From the sequence record MW349128.1: 64,000 nucleotides of DNA. The stretch is one strand, 5' to 3'. Each line of letters starts with the position of its first letter. Position 1 is the first letter of the stretch. Positions 27,794 to 40,800 of the stretch are shown here, piece by piece. The DNA is from Staphylococcus phage Machias. The position numbers and the translations under genes are program-made. A model generated the notes under the pieces. The model saw nothing but the letters and a program-made list of their open reading frames with translations. It was not told where the DNA came from and searched no databases.

Positions 27794-28309
27794 TTAAATA
27801 AATAATGAAAGATTGATTGCATTAGTATAAGGATCTGATAATTTATATACATAAATATTTGTAATCATTAAATCTTTCATTTCTAGCTCATTATCTTTTA
27901 ATAATCTATCTAATTCACTATCATCTTTAATAGAATCAAAAATAGCTTTACCTATATATTTTAAAACTTCTCTATCAAGCTTATCAGCTACATCTTTTTC
28001 ATAATTATCTATATAACTTTGATAATCACTTTCACTACCTTCAAAGCTTTGTTTATTCTTAGCAGATAGTTCACTATCATCTAACTTAATAACAAATACA
28101 GGTTTTTTAACATCAATAAATTTTTCAGCTTGTTTAGATCTAAAGCTAAAGTTTTCAGAATCATTAATTACATCTCGAATAATATCAATTGTATTTTCTA
28201 CATCTACATAATTCATAATATTATTTCTAATTCTCATTAATAATTGTAAATCTCTAATATCTTTTTCTTCTCCGATTAATACATCTCTACTATTTTTCAT
28301 TTCAGCCAT
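27794..28309 (-). CDS. hypothetical protein
   Basis: 171-aa ORF. Confidence 0.5.
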   Translation of the reverse strand: MAEMKNSRDVLIGEEKDIRDLQLLMRIRNNIMNYVDVENTIDIIRDVINDSENFSFRSKQAEKFIDVKKPVFVIKLDDSELSAKNKQSFEGSESDYQSYIDNYEKDVADKLDREVLKYIGKAIFDSIKDDSELDRLLKDNELEMKDLMITNIYVYKLSDPYTNAINLSLFI

Positions 28310-28310
28310 T

Positions 28311-28940
28311 TTATAAAATACCTCTTTCTTTATACATTTTAATTTTTTCTATTAATTCTTTATATTGCTCTTTTTCTTCTTTAGTTAATGAACCTTTTTC
28401 ATAATCTTTATGATCTTCATGATAAGTCAGTTTTATGTAAGTCTTATCTTTAAAATCATATGAGTATTTTTTCTCTGCATTAATTTTAACAATTTGTGCA
28501 TCATCTTTCCAAAATATATCATTCATAATATCGAATATAGTTTTTTGAAAATTATCTGTATCAGGCGTTTTAACTCTAAAAACTTTACCTAATAATTTAT
28601 ATAATATTTTTTTAATAGAGTCTGTATTGTTAACTGGATTACATTCTACTATTAAAGTTATATCTATTGCATTATTGAAATTTTCTTTAACTAACTCATT
28701 TATATCATCATTTATTATTAATAAATTTTTAAACATATCTTCTAATACTTTTTTATAAGCATGTAGAGGATCATACATTCTATAACCATTTCTACGGTGT
28801 CTTAAGTATTGATAAACTTCATGGTCTTCAATATCTATTATAATAGAATTTTCTTTTTTATTCATATTTATATTACATTTTTTAGCTTCTTCAATTTTGT
28901 CTAGTATTTTTTTAGGAACTTCTTTTTTCTTTTTTGCCAC
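28311..28940 (-). CDS. rusA: RusA-like Holliday junction resolvase
   Basis: KTPDTDNFQKTIFDIMNDIFWKDDAQIV matches the RusA core pattern (PDxDN..K...D.....DD.Q). There is an N-terminal extension. Confidence 0.45.
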   Translation of the reverse strand: MAKKKKEVPKKILDKIEEAKKCNINMNKKENSIIIDIEDHEVYQYLRHRRNGYRMYDPLHAYKKVLEDMFKNLLIINDDINELVKENFNNAIDITLIVECNPVNNTDSIKKILYKLLGKVFRVKTPDTDNFQKTIFDIMNDIFWKDDAQIVKINAEKKYSYDFKDKTYIKLTYHEDHKDYEKGSLTKEEKEQYKELIEKIKMYKERGIL

Positions 28941-29069
28941 CCCTAAACTCCCTTTCTAAGTAACACATTAATTTATAATATTAACGTTATATATGTATTA
29001 AAAATTTTTATAAAATAACGGTAACACTCAGTTAAGAGCGTTACCGTAAATTATATTTATTATTGATTT

Positions 29070-29594
29070 TTAATTATCTTCAGAAGAAGATCCTCCACCA
29101 AATATTTCTGGATTGTAATTAGAATCTATATTAACTTCATTATCAATAGTTTCATTACCTACTGATCCACCACCAAAATTACTTTCATTGGAATTTTGAT
29201 TGTTTTGCAAGTTTGTAGTTTCTTGGTTGTTGTTTTGCTCCAAAAAAGGTTTAACTGGAGGTAAAACTGAACCATCATAATCCATTGCTTGAAGAGATTT
29301 TTCATCATTTGTAGTTAATCGAGTTTTAGCTAAGTTACGTTCAGAGTCTGCTGTTCCACTAGTTGTAGGATCCATAAATCTACCTACTATACTTGAAATG
29401 GCCATTGCTGCAACTTGAATAATACTACCTATATTTTCTTCAGTACTACCTGAAACATTCCCACCAAATGCTCTAATCATAAAAATTACAAAGTTTACAA
29501 TTTGAACTAATAATGCTGCTGTCCAAGTAGTATTTTTAAATCTTAAAGCTACATTAATATATTTATCTTTACCTACTTTTAAATTCTTTGCCAT
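29070..29594 (-). CDS. membrane protein with Gly/Asn-rich tail
   Basis: Two to three TM segments followed by low-complexity GGGS/N-rich sequence. Confidence 0.45.
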   Translation of the reverse strand: MAKNLKVGKDKYINVALRFKNTTWTAALLVQIVNFVIFMIRAFGGNVSGSTEENIGSIIQVAAMAISSIVGRFMDPTTSGTADSERNLAKTRLTTNDEKSLQAMDYDGSVLPPVKPFLEQNNNQETTNLQNNQNSNESNFGGGSVGNETIDNEVNIDSNYNPEIFGGGSSSEDN

Positions 29595-29621
29595 TAAATT
29601 TTCCTACTTTCTATATTATTG

Positions 29622-30170
29622 TTACCAAAATTTTTGGATTAAATATAAAACAACTGAAGGTGATAGTAATACCGTTAGTATAGTTAAAGAAGCATTACGT
29701 CTAAAAGCTTTGGTCTCTTTGTCACTATCATTTTCAGCCTTTTCTATATCATCAAATTTAGTCTCAAAATCATCAATATTAAGTTTTGTATCTAACCCTA
29801 ATTTAACTTCTTTAATTTCATCACTAAGTTTTCTCTCTACAGTCTCTACATTATCATTCAATTCATCTTTGACAGACATTATTTGTTTTTCTAAATCATT
29901 ATGTCTTCTAATTCTGTCTTCTTCTTCTAATTTTCTGACTGCACGATCTTCTTTCATTTCTTTTCTAATTTCTTCTGTATTTTTCCCCATATTTTCTAAT
30001 AGTACTTCAACTCTCACTAAAGTATTATTAGTTTTAACATTGTCTGTTTTTATATCTTCAATTTTTTTATCGAATTTTTCTTCTATTTCCTCTTTTAAAG
30101 AATTATTAACTTTATATAGGTCTAACTCTGTTATATTTTTGTTATTTTGAAAATGTTTATTTTCGGACAT
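29622..30170 (-). CDS. coiled-coil protein with C-terminal TM anchor
   Basis: Charged heptad-rich region, then LTILTVLLSPSVVLYLI at the C-terminus. Confidence 0.5.
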   Translation of the reverse strand: MSENKHFQNNKNITELDLYKVNNSLKEEIEEKFDKKIEDIKTDNVKTNNTLVRVEVLLENMGKNTEEIRKEMKEDRAVRKLEEEDRIRRHNDLEKQIMSVKDELNDNVETVERKLSDEIKEVKLGLDTKLNIDDFETKFDDIEKAENDSDKETKAFRRNASLTILTVLLSPSVVLYLIQKFW

Positions 30171-30663
30171 CTATAATATTCTCAACTTTCATTTCTAAAA
30201 ATGTAAATATTGCTAAGAATAAGTTAACAAAAGAAAATACAATTCGAATAATCATAGTAGATTGCATTCCTGCACTATCTAAAGATATAACAGCGTATAT
30301 GAAGAATAATACGAAAGATATAAATGAACCGACAATTAAAAAAGGTCTTCCTATATATTTGTTTAAAAATAATGAAATACCTATACAAAAACCTGAGACT
30401 AATAAAAATACACCGTATATTTGCAAATCCATAAATTTTGATAACGCAATATATAATTCAGATGTCCTATACGCTTCTCTAGTTCTAAAAACAAATTGAA
30501 TACCGTAAATTATTGCGTAAACAGAAAGGAAAATTGGGGTTAAATAAAATTTAAATTGCTTAATATAGTAGTATATTTTTACAATTAGATTTTCATTAGT
30601 ATCATTATTAATGTCAATTTCATTTTCATCTTCTACAATATTTTTATCTTTACTATTTTCCAT
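30157..30663 (-). CDS. four-TM membrane protein
   Basis: 168 aa with four hydrophobic helices. Confidence 0.5.
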   Translation of the reverse strand: MENSKDKNIVEDENEIDINNDTNENLIVKIYYYIKQFKFYLTPIFLSVYAIIYGIQFVFRTREAYRTSELYIALSKFMDLQIYGVFLLVSGFCIGISLFLNKYIGRPFLIVGSFISFVLFFIYAVISLDSAGMQSTMIIRIVFSFVNLFLAIFTFLEMKVENIIDVRK

Positions 30664-30958
30664 TTTATAAATTACCTTCCTTTCTTCTATTTAATTAATT
30701 TATTTATTTATAAATCATTGTTCCAATAGAATGAACAAGAGATATGATAGATTTGATCGACTTGCAAATAAATAGTCCTAACAATCATTGAGATTGTTAG
30801 GACATTTTGAAGACTTTGCCAAAAATTAATAGAAAAAGAATAAAGCTTTATAGAGTCAACTCAGAAAAGAACAAAGAAAAAGTTAGTATGAAAGCTAAAT
30901 ACTATGTAAATAACTTTCATATATTTTTGTTCTATTTTTATTAACTTAATGAACTCTA

Positions 30959-31384
30959 TTATTGAGGTAAAATTCCTCCACGAGCAGAATTTTCATTTTC
31001 AGAATCTTCTTGAGGTTCAACTTCAGTAGCTCTACCAATACCTTGAACTTCTGAATCTTCATTAAAACCTTCTACACGATGTTCTTCTTCAATCGGATCG
31101 ATCTCAGCTTCAACAGGTGTATTTTCAGGTTTTGAAGGAATAGGTTCCTCATCTGAATATTCATAATCTGGTAAAGATTTTGGTAATACTAGATTTGAAG
31201 ATTGAATTGATGCAGTAGTCCAATCATCATTATTTTCTTTTTCTCCAAAACCAATTTCATTTAAAACTTCTTCAACTAATGATTTTAATCCATTACCTTC
31301 AGACACTTCTTCTAATTCTAACAAACCTTTAACTACTAAAGTAGCATGGAATGTTACAATAAAAGATTTTTTATTTAAAACCAT
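30959..31384 (-). CDS. acidic hypothetical protein
   Basis: 141 aa, downstream of the giant gene. Confidence 0.5.
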   Translation of the reverse strand: MVLNKKSFIVTFHATLVVKGLLELEEVSEGNGLKSLVEEVLNEIGFGEKENNDDWTTASIQSSNLVLPKSLPDYEYSDEEPIPSKPENTPVEAEIDPIEEEHRVEGFNEDSEVQGIGRATEVEPQEDSENENSARGGILPQ

Positions 31385-31443
31385 AATTTAATTTCCTCCT
31401 TGGAATTATTATAATTATATGTTGTTGTATGAAATATAATGTT

Positions 31444-31815
31444 TTATTCATCCCTTTTCATATTTTCTAACATAAATTTTAACTCTCTATTTTCTCTTTC
31501 CATTTCTTCTCTCTCTCTTTCTCTTTTTTCTTCTTCTGTTTCTACTTTTGGTACAAATGTTTCTCCTTCCTTAACAACTAATTCGTTTCTTCCATCCACT
31601 GTTTTAACTGCAAGTTTGTCAATTTGTTCATAGGTATATTCATCTATAACAAAAGAAATTGCTGGTGAAGATGAACTAAACATATTGCCTATAGACATTG
31701 CATTGAACGAACCATCTTCTTCAATTTGTTTATTTTCAATAACAAGCAAAAGTCTTCCCGGAATTAACTCTCCAGTTTTATCTCTTATATCTTCATAAGT
31801 TTTTATAATCTCCAT
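31444..31815 (-). CDS. hypothetical protein (possible fibre chaperone by position)
   Basis: 123 aa, immediately downstream of the 3084-aa gene. Confidence 0.45.
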   Translation of the reverse strand: MEIIKTYEDIRDKTGELIPGRLLLVIENKQIEEDGSFNAMSIGNMFSSSSPAISFVIDEYTYEQIDKLAVKTVDGRNELVVKEGETFVPKVETEEEKREREREEMERENRELKFMLENMKRDE

Positions 31816-31837
31816 ATTATTTTAAATTCCTTTCTTT

Positions 31838-34800
31838 TTAATCTTTGAAATTACTCATAGTCATACGTGTTATACGGAATTCTCCTGTATTGAAATTGGC
31901 ATTAGCTTTTGACAAACCTGCTTGCAATTCAAAGAATTTATTTCTATTATCAGGCTTTCCTAAATCTATTACTATATCAGGAAAAACAAATGATGTCTCG
32001 GTTACTATAAGTTCATGATATATAGTCCCTCCAGTAGTAGACATCCATCTGAGATGAAGTCTCATACCACTTGTATTGACTCGACATGATAATTTTACTT
32101 TAAGATATCTTTGATTGTGAAAATATGTGTATCTATTAACACGAGCAAATGCAGTATTATTTTTTTCAATTAACTGTTTTTTGTCTCTCCCTAAACTGTA
32201 TGCTCCCCAGTCTATTCCATATAACCCATTTATGCCTTCGGTAACTATTTTCCTACTATCGTATTGACTGCCAGTCCCTGCAAAGTTCCACGTAACAAAC
32301 TGAGGTTCATATGCTTGGACATTGGACTCACCCAAGTCAAGTCCATCAATCATTTTATTTACTCCATCTTTTCTTATAGTTATTCCTTCTGAATTCATTT
32401 CAACATAGTTGTCTTTATCTGAAGAAGTTTTAGATATTTGTAATTTATCATCTACAAATGTTAAGTTGCCTTTATCATTGTATATTCTTGCATTATTTGT
32501 ATTGATATTTAAATGATTACTTATGATGTCAATTGATTCTGGATTCATAGATATTTTACTTGCCATAGATTCTGTACTAAAAGTATCTAATCTGGATGGT
32601 GTCCATTTAGTTAATTTGTCGTTTATTTCTATCTGAGGCAGTCCATAGTAAAATGTAGCATTTGTATTTTTTGGTTGACCTGGTCCTGAGAATCTCATTA
32701 AGAATCTGATATAATTAGTTTTACCATTACTAGAAGTAGAAGGTATTTTTCCTTTAAAAGAAACTCTTACCCATTCATCATATTTAAAATCTTTAGGTAA
32801 ATATTCATATCTAGCAAACATAGAATTGGAACCCTGAGATTTATTTTCGTAAGTTGCAAATTCAATATAAGGATTACTAACCAAATTATCTAAAGAAGAT
32901 GATGGAACATATATATAAACTGAACCAGTGATCGTATCACCAATGTCAAAATCTCCACCTTTACCAATAGACATGTAATTAGACGTAATGGAAGGCCATG
33001 AATCAGTTCCTGTCATAGAAAATTTAAAAACTCTTTTAGAAGATCCATAACTGTAAGGTAAAGAATCTTTTTCGCTTTCTCCTTCTATCATAGTTACATT
33101 TTCAAATAAAGCATTTGCATTAGCATTATCATCTGTACCTGCTTTAGCTGCATAAAGTAAGATTTGGTTAGCATCTCTATTTGCAGTGAATTTGATTATA
33201 TTTCTTTTACTAGAACTTACAGGTGCCTCAAATCTGTCACTATCTGGTGCCATATCCGGTAATTTGGGATTTGATCTACTATGTGGATATATATAAGGGA
33301 ACACACTTACTTCATTAGTTGTATTACTACCGGAAAGTAGAGTATAATCAAATGAAAGTATATACGTTTTACCTTTTTTAATAGGTCTTGTTAAGTAAAA
33401 AGTTGTACGCTTATATGTTCCAGATGAAATATGATCGTCTCTATATCTACCTCCGACAATCATATTATTGTCAGTATTAATCGACATCGTATTAACGTCC
33501 TCTATATTATAGTATCCAGAAGAATACCCACTTATTTCCCATCCTTCCATACCATTACGTAAATCACTGTTAATAAGCATATTATTACTATCAAAATAAC
33601 TTTTCATTTGACTAACAGATAATTCTATAGAATCGGTTTTTTGGTCTATTTTAGATGATACAGTTGAAATAGATGTTTGAACGTCTTCAGGAGATGGAGA
33701 CCAATCAGTAGCTTTATTACCTTTTTCAATTTTAATATTAGATACATAAATAGGAGCAGTGGAATTTGCTTCTCTCGTTAAATAAAAACGCATATAATTA
33801 CATTCATAAGAATTAAATGGAATACTATATCTAACTATATCATTTGTAAGAGATTTATTAAATTCATTATACCCAAAAATAGCAACAAATGGATCAAAAT
33901 CAGTCTTATCATCTTTTAATTTTCTAATTTGAGGATAAATATTTCCTGTATTCGAACCATCTTTATAAGCATCAAAAGATATAATATATTCTGTATTAGG
34001 ATCTGTTTTAAAGGTTTGATTGATCCAATTTTGAGTTCCGTTTGTATTTTGTAAAGGTACAAAAATTCTTCCATTATTTTGAAATTTATTTGTAAAATTA
34101 CCATTCCAAAAAATTGGATTAAAATCACTAGTTCCATTTAATATATTTTTACCACCAACCTCAATTTTACCAATTTCAGTTATAGTGGTTTTCTTAGCTT
34201 CTAATAATATTTGTTCAGGTAATTGATTGATAGATGTAGTTAATGAAATTACGCTATTATCAATATCTTCTGGTGCTAAACCATAACCAGTTAATTTAGA
34301 TCCTTCAACTAAAATAGCATCTTTTATAGTAGCACTTATAGTTCCATTATTTGTAGTTCCTGTTTGAGCTGGATATAAATAGAATTCTGTACTAGCTGCA
34401 GTAGGTATGAATGTATATTCATTTCTATTATTTTCATTATTTTCAAAAGTTAAAACTTTAGATGCTGGTGTATAAGGATAAATTGAGAATTTACCTCCAT
34501 CATCACCTGAATTAACAACCTTAGTAAAAGCAAAAGTATATTCCACATTAGGTTTTAAAGGTTCAGAAAGTTTGTATTGAATACGTCTTGAATTAGTTCC
34601 TCCAACAATATCATTACGAACTCTACTATTTAATAGTAAGTTTCTAGAACCTATTTTAATATTATTAATTTTGCTATCAACATCTTCAGGAGCCGGTGTC
34701 CAATCAGTAGCTTTATTACCTTTTTCAAGTTTAGCATTTATTATACTACCATTAGAATTTAGATTTTCATCAGTGTATCCAGTTCCAAAATAAATAGATA

Positions 34801-37800
34801 TTTCATTAGAATTTGCACTTGCGACAAAAGTATATGCATTTCTTATTTTTGTGTCTAATGTTACATTTTTTCTATCGGATGAGTTATTTGTAAATTGTAA
34901 TGAAGTTTTGTTATTGATATTTCCAGAAGTAACATTAATTTCATAAGTTAATGTATAAGTTTCTCCAGCTATTATATTATTACTTAAATTATAAGTAACT
35001 CTTTTAGAGTTTGTAGAACCATTTATAGGAGCTCTATTTTTAGAATCTAATAATAGGTTTCTAGCACCAACTTGAATATTATTAATATTCTCATTAACTC
35101 TACTTTCGACAGCAGAAACTTGTGATGTTATTTGACCTGGTAACTGTTCAATACTAGAAGTATTAGCAGAAATTTTACCATCCATTTCATCTTGTTTATT
35201 AACAATACTACTAATCTTATCAGTCTCTACTTTTAATTCACTATACTGATTAGTAGTTTTAGTATCTAATTTTGTAATAGAAGATGCATTTAAACTTATA
35301 TCTTTTTCAGTTTGAGTTATACGAGTTTCACTTGCAACTAATCTACTTTCAATATCTTCTGGTGCTGGAGACCAATCAGTTGCTTTATTACCTTTTTCTA
35401 ATTTAGGTTTATTATAAGTTAAAACTAAATCTGTAGCAGAAGTTTTTATTACTATAGGTATATTAGTTATAGCATTTGAATTTATCCATTTAAATGTGTA
35501 ATAAATTCTTTTAAATTCTCCTACATTTAATGAATAAGTATTAACCTTAATTGTATTACTATTAGGATTAATAACTCCTGAACTATTTATTCCAATATCA
35601 ATATCAGTTGATTTATTACTTTTAACATCCATAGAAAAAGTATACCATTCATTAAGAACAATAGGTTCTGAAGTTATATTGTCTGTATTATTTTTTAAAA
35701 ATACATATGAACTTATATAATTACCTGAAGTTGGTGTTATATTCCAACTATTGTCACTATTTTTTACAGGTGTACCTAAACCAACATTATTAGGTTTAAA
35801 AATTATATTTGTTAAACTTTTTAATAGTAAATTTCTACTACCTATCTGAATATTATCAATTTGATCATCTACATCTTCAGGAGCAGGTGTCCAATCTGTG
35901 ACTTTATTACCTTTTTCTAATTTTAAATTTTTAATTTTTATTTTATTACTGTATCTATCTGTAGCTGAAGTTCCATCAGGAGTATATAACCCAGAATAAA
36001 TTATAAATCTATGATCAGTTAATTTAGGACATACAAAAGTTTGACTTACTTTTATTTTATTTCCTATAATTGCTTCTATACTTTGGTAACCCATTACTCT
36101 ATCGGATACAACAGAATCACTATAAAAAATTATACCATGACTTCTACTATTTATCTTATATCCTTTAGTATCTACTTCTAAAATTTCTAAATCATAAGAG
36201 TAAGTGTAAGTTTCTCCTTCAGTTAAAACATTTTTTAAATAATCAACGGTATATAAGTTCGTAGCCCAATAACTTCCTGTAAATTCTCCTGTTGATGTGA
36301 CATCTTTATTTATTGATGTACTGTATTTAGGTTTATATTTTTGGAATAAGTTTCTTCCACCAATTTGAATATTATTGATATTATTATTAACTCTATTCTC
36401 TACAGCAGAAACTTGACTAGTAATTTGATTTGGTAACTGTTCAATACTAGATCGGTTAGCAGAAATTTTACCATCCATTTCATCTTGTTTGATAACAATG
36501 GAAGTGATTTTATCAGTTTCTACTTTTAATTCACTGTATTGGTTAGTAGTTTTGGTATCTAATTGAGATATAGATGAAGCATTCAAAGTAATATCTTTCT
36601 CAGTTTGAGTTATACGAGTTTCATTTTTAGCAAATCTACTTTTATAATCTTCAGGAGAAATATCCCAAGCAGAAGCTACATTACCTTCTTCTAATTGAAT
36701 ATGACCAACATAAGTATCTTTAGTTGTATTATCTGAAGTGAACTGAATTTTAATGAAATTGTTAGTTCTAGAATTAAATTTCAACTCATAACGAGTAGGA
36801 GTTGTTGTCAATGTTTTAGCACTTTCAGTTAAAGTAATTAAATAGTTTTTAGGTGAAACTTCAGTAGTTAGACTTGAAGCTTTCGTAATAGGTGTTTTAA
36901 TTACTGGAGATGCAGCTGCTGAATAAGCATCATAACTTAACACATAATTTGTATTAGGTTTAACTGCTACTATCTGAGATACTTCAGCTAAATTTGTTTT
37001 GGTATTAGCATAAGTAATACCATTATTATCTTTTTTAGTAATACTAGCTAAGAAAGGTAAATCAAATTTTTCAGTTCCAGCAAGCATATTCTTAGTACCA
37101 ATTTTAATTTTACCTGAAATAGCTTCAGTACTTGTCTCAGAAGTTACTCTTTGATCAATTCTACCAATTTCAGCTGTAATATTAGTATTTAGATTTGATA
37201 CAGTTTCATTAACAGAATTTTTGGTAGCATAATCTTTAGAAATATCTTGTTTAATAGAATCAGCTGTAGCAGTAATACTAGCTTGTAAAGTTTGTGTAGT
37301 ATCATCAATAGCCGATTTTCTATCAGTAACTTCTTGAGTAATGGCATCATTTGCTACAGTTAATTTACCCGAAAGATCTGTTATATTTTCACCTTGTTTT
37401 TCAACCTTTTCGGCAGTAATAGAATAACTACTATCAAGTTGTTCTACTTTAGTTGATAAATCACTATAGTTATCTTCAGTTGCTGTTATTCTTTGTACTA
37501 ATGATGTAATTTTATCAGTTTCAATTTTTATTTGACCGATTTGTTTTTCTAATTCTTCTTTATCTACTTTTTGAGCTTCAGAAACTAAGTCAATCTGACC
37601 TGCAATAGTTTCTATTCTTGAAGTAACTTCATTAATAACTTTATCATCAAGATCATTAATCTTTTTAGTTACTTCTTGTCGAATCATATCTACTGTTTGA
37701 CTAACCTCAGAGAAACCTTCGATTACTTGTTTACGGTAATCATCCATTTCTTTTTTAGTCATCATAGTAGCTACTAATTCATTAGTATCAATTACAGTTT

Positions 37801-40800
37801 TCTTAACAGATTCTAATCCAGTAACATCATACATTTCTAAATTAGTAACCCAGAATTTAGGTTCATTAGATCCATCTTCAAATTCAACAACATCTGAATC
37901 TTCAGATTGGTTTACTTTAAAGTATAGTGTCATATAGAAAGCACCATATAAGAAACCATTAGTACCTCTAACATTCTCTTTAGTTATTAAACCTTGACGA
38001 TGATACCAACCATTAAATTCTTCTGGATCGTCATCTTCTTCTGTATTAGGAATATCTTCATCTTTAATTAAAGACCATTCTACATTATTGTCAGTGAATG
38101 TTCCTGAAACTTTAGTTCCAGCAGGGAAACCTCCATCTTCAGAATCATAATTAATTAAATCAAAAGGTCTATTTAAATAGATACAATTATTTTCTCTATC
38201 AATAGCACCAAAATCCCAACCATTCATGAATACATTTCTAGAATAAGTTGATTCTCCGTAATTATAACCATCATTACTCTTGAAGTTCCAAATAACTAAT
38301 GAGTGATTATCATTATAATCTGTTAAATTAGGATTGATATTTTTATTAACAATTCCTGCATTAGATACGTTATAATTATTAGTCATATTCTTAATAGCTT
38401 CTTCTTCATCTACTGGAGTTGAATTAGTTTCAACTGGTTCTTCAGATTCTGACATAGGTAAATCAGGTTCTGTAGTTTTATCTTCTTCAGGTGTATCATC
38501 TGCATATATTACACTATCTTCTTCTTCATCAGGTAATGCGTTAGGATCATCTATAGAAAGAATATCGTCTGCATCGTTAGGTAATACAACTGAACCGTCT
38601 CTATCATAATCATAAGCAGGTGTGTCATCTTCTTCATCTAAAGGTGCAGATTGAAATCTATAAGTGTCATCAAGACCATCAAGACTATTGAAATAAATAA
38701 CTTTATCTCCTTGTCTTAATTCTTGAGCTAATTCAATTACAGGTTTCTCACTACCCATTACATGTTGAGATTCTATTAATTGTCCGTCTTTATCATAACT
38801 TAAATGACCTATAGAAGAAGGAAGAGAATTATTATTTTTCATAAACATAGAAAGTTTGTATGTCTTCTCTGGATTAATCGGTATTAATCTTTCAGAAGAA
38901 GTAGTGGAGTTAAATCCTTCCATTCTAAATGAAGCTGCTGACTGAAAGGCATCTGAATTATCGTAATACATTCCAGGGAAGTTTGATTCATCTCCTTGAT
39001 CTGCATTACCGTTAAAAATTAAATTATCTCCACGAGAATCCATATAGTAATTAAACTCTTTTTGAGAAACTTCTAATTCTTGACCTAAATCTTCTCTAAC
39101 ACTATTAGCTTCAGCCATAGCTTTATCTATATCTTTAGATTTTTGATCTAACTCTTCTTGTTGTTTTTCTAATTCTGTTTTAGTATTTTCTAAATTAGCT
39201 TTAGATTCATTAATTTCATCTTTAGTTTTCTGAATCTGTTCTTGGATAAGGTCAAACATGTCTTGTTTATCTATAGTTCCATCTATTAAACCAGATTCAG
39301 AATTAAGAGGTAAACCTAATACGCTGGATAGATTTTCTTTCAGTTTAGTTAAGTTTTCTTTTAATCCTCTATCAGAATCATTAAGATCATTTTCAATTCT
39401 ATTAACTTTTACTTTCATTAATTCTAAAGAAGTTTTTACTTCATTGATATCCTCAGTTACATTGATATTTCCTGTTAATTTTTGAGTTTTACTATCATAA
39501 GATAATCCTAAAACTCTTCCAATTTCAGAAAATACAGTATCTTTAATACCATGAGAATATTCATTTTGAAGCTTATTCATTTCTAAATTAATAGCTTCAT
39601 TAGATAATTCAATAATATTTTTAGTACTATTAACTACAGAATAGAATCCTACAAAAGATTTATTAATATCTTTCATTAATGATTCATTCTGATCAGCTCT
39701 ATTAAGTTTATTAACTTCGGATTTTATTTTATCAAAATCATTATTAATTTCTTTAATTTTGTCTCTAACTTGAATTTTAATTGCATCTTCTTTAAGATAA
39801 GCAGAATCAAATATGGATTTCAATTGGTTAACAACTTGATCTTTTTGAGATTTAATTAAATTAAAATCAGAAATAATAGCATCAAAGTTAAGCTCTTTAT
39901 TTGATTGTAATACACTTGAACCATCTGTACCACTATTACTATTATTACTGATATCATTAATATAATTTTTAAATGACTCTAATTGTTTATTAACTAAAGA
40001 TTCAACTAATTTAACATCATTACTTTTAGAAGATGTATTGTCTTTAATAAAGATGTTATCATTAGCGTATTTAGTATAATTCTCTAACATTTCAGGTTTA
40101 TAAACTTCATTAGAATCTTTATACTTAGCAAAGAAGTTAAATTTCTCTATATTATAATCGAATAAACTTCTCTCTAATTTATATATTTGGAAACCTGCTG
40201 TTAATTCAGGTTTTATATTTTTATAATTGATGAATATTTGACTTGATATAAATTTATTATAATGACAGTTAGTCCAATTTCTTAATACTAAACCAGTCAT
40301 TTTTAAATCTATAGCATTCAAAGAACTATCGTTAAGGTATTTAGAAGCAATTTCTTCCATTTCATCTCTAGTTTTTCCTTTAACTTCCATAGTGTCAAAT
40401 ATATAATTTTCATCTTTAATAAATCTAGCTTGGTTTAATGAGTCTTTAACAGTAATAGATTCATTATTATCATTATACATGATTAAACCAGTTTTAATAT
40501 TTGATTTGTCTACATTAAATTCAAAACCAGGTATTCTACCAGAAATTTCTTTAGGATTAGATTTTCTTAAATCTTTACCTTTATTAATTATTAAAGTTCT
40601 TTCATTTGTATTAATATCATATTTATGTCTAATAGATAAATCTTTTTCAAATACAATATCTAATAATTTCTTAAATACAGATTTATTATCTTCAGGTAAA
40701 GTGATTTCCTCATCAACAACTAAATCATTATACTCAATACTATATCCTGTATTCAATAATAAAGTACTTAACACTGATTTTAATTGTCCATTTAATTCTT

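Noticed and set aside
33916-34137. Antisense ORFs within the 3084-aa gene (also 39258-39485, 40479-40841, 40956-41171)
   Set aside because: They are embedded in a continuous 9.2-kb ORF on the other strand. AT-rich antisense frames are often open by chance.
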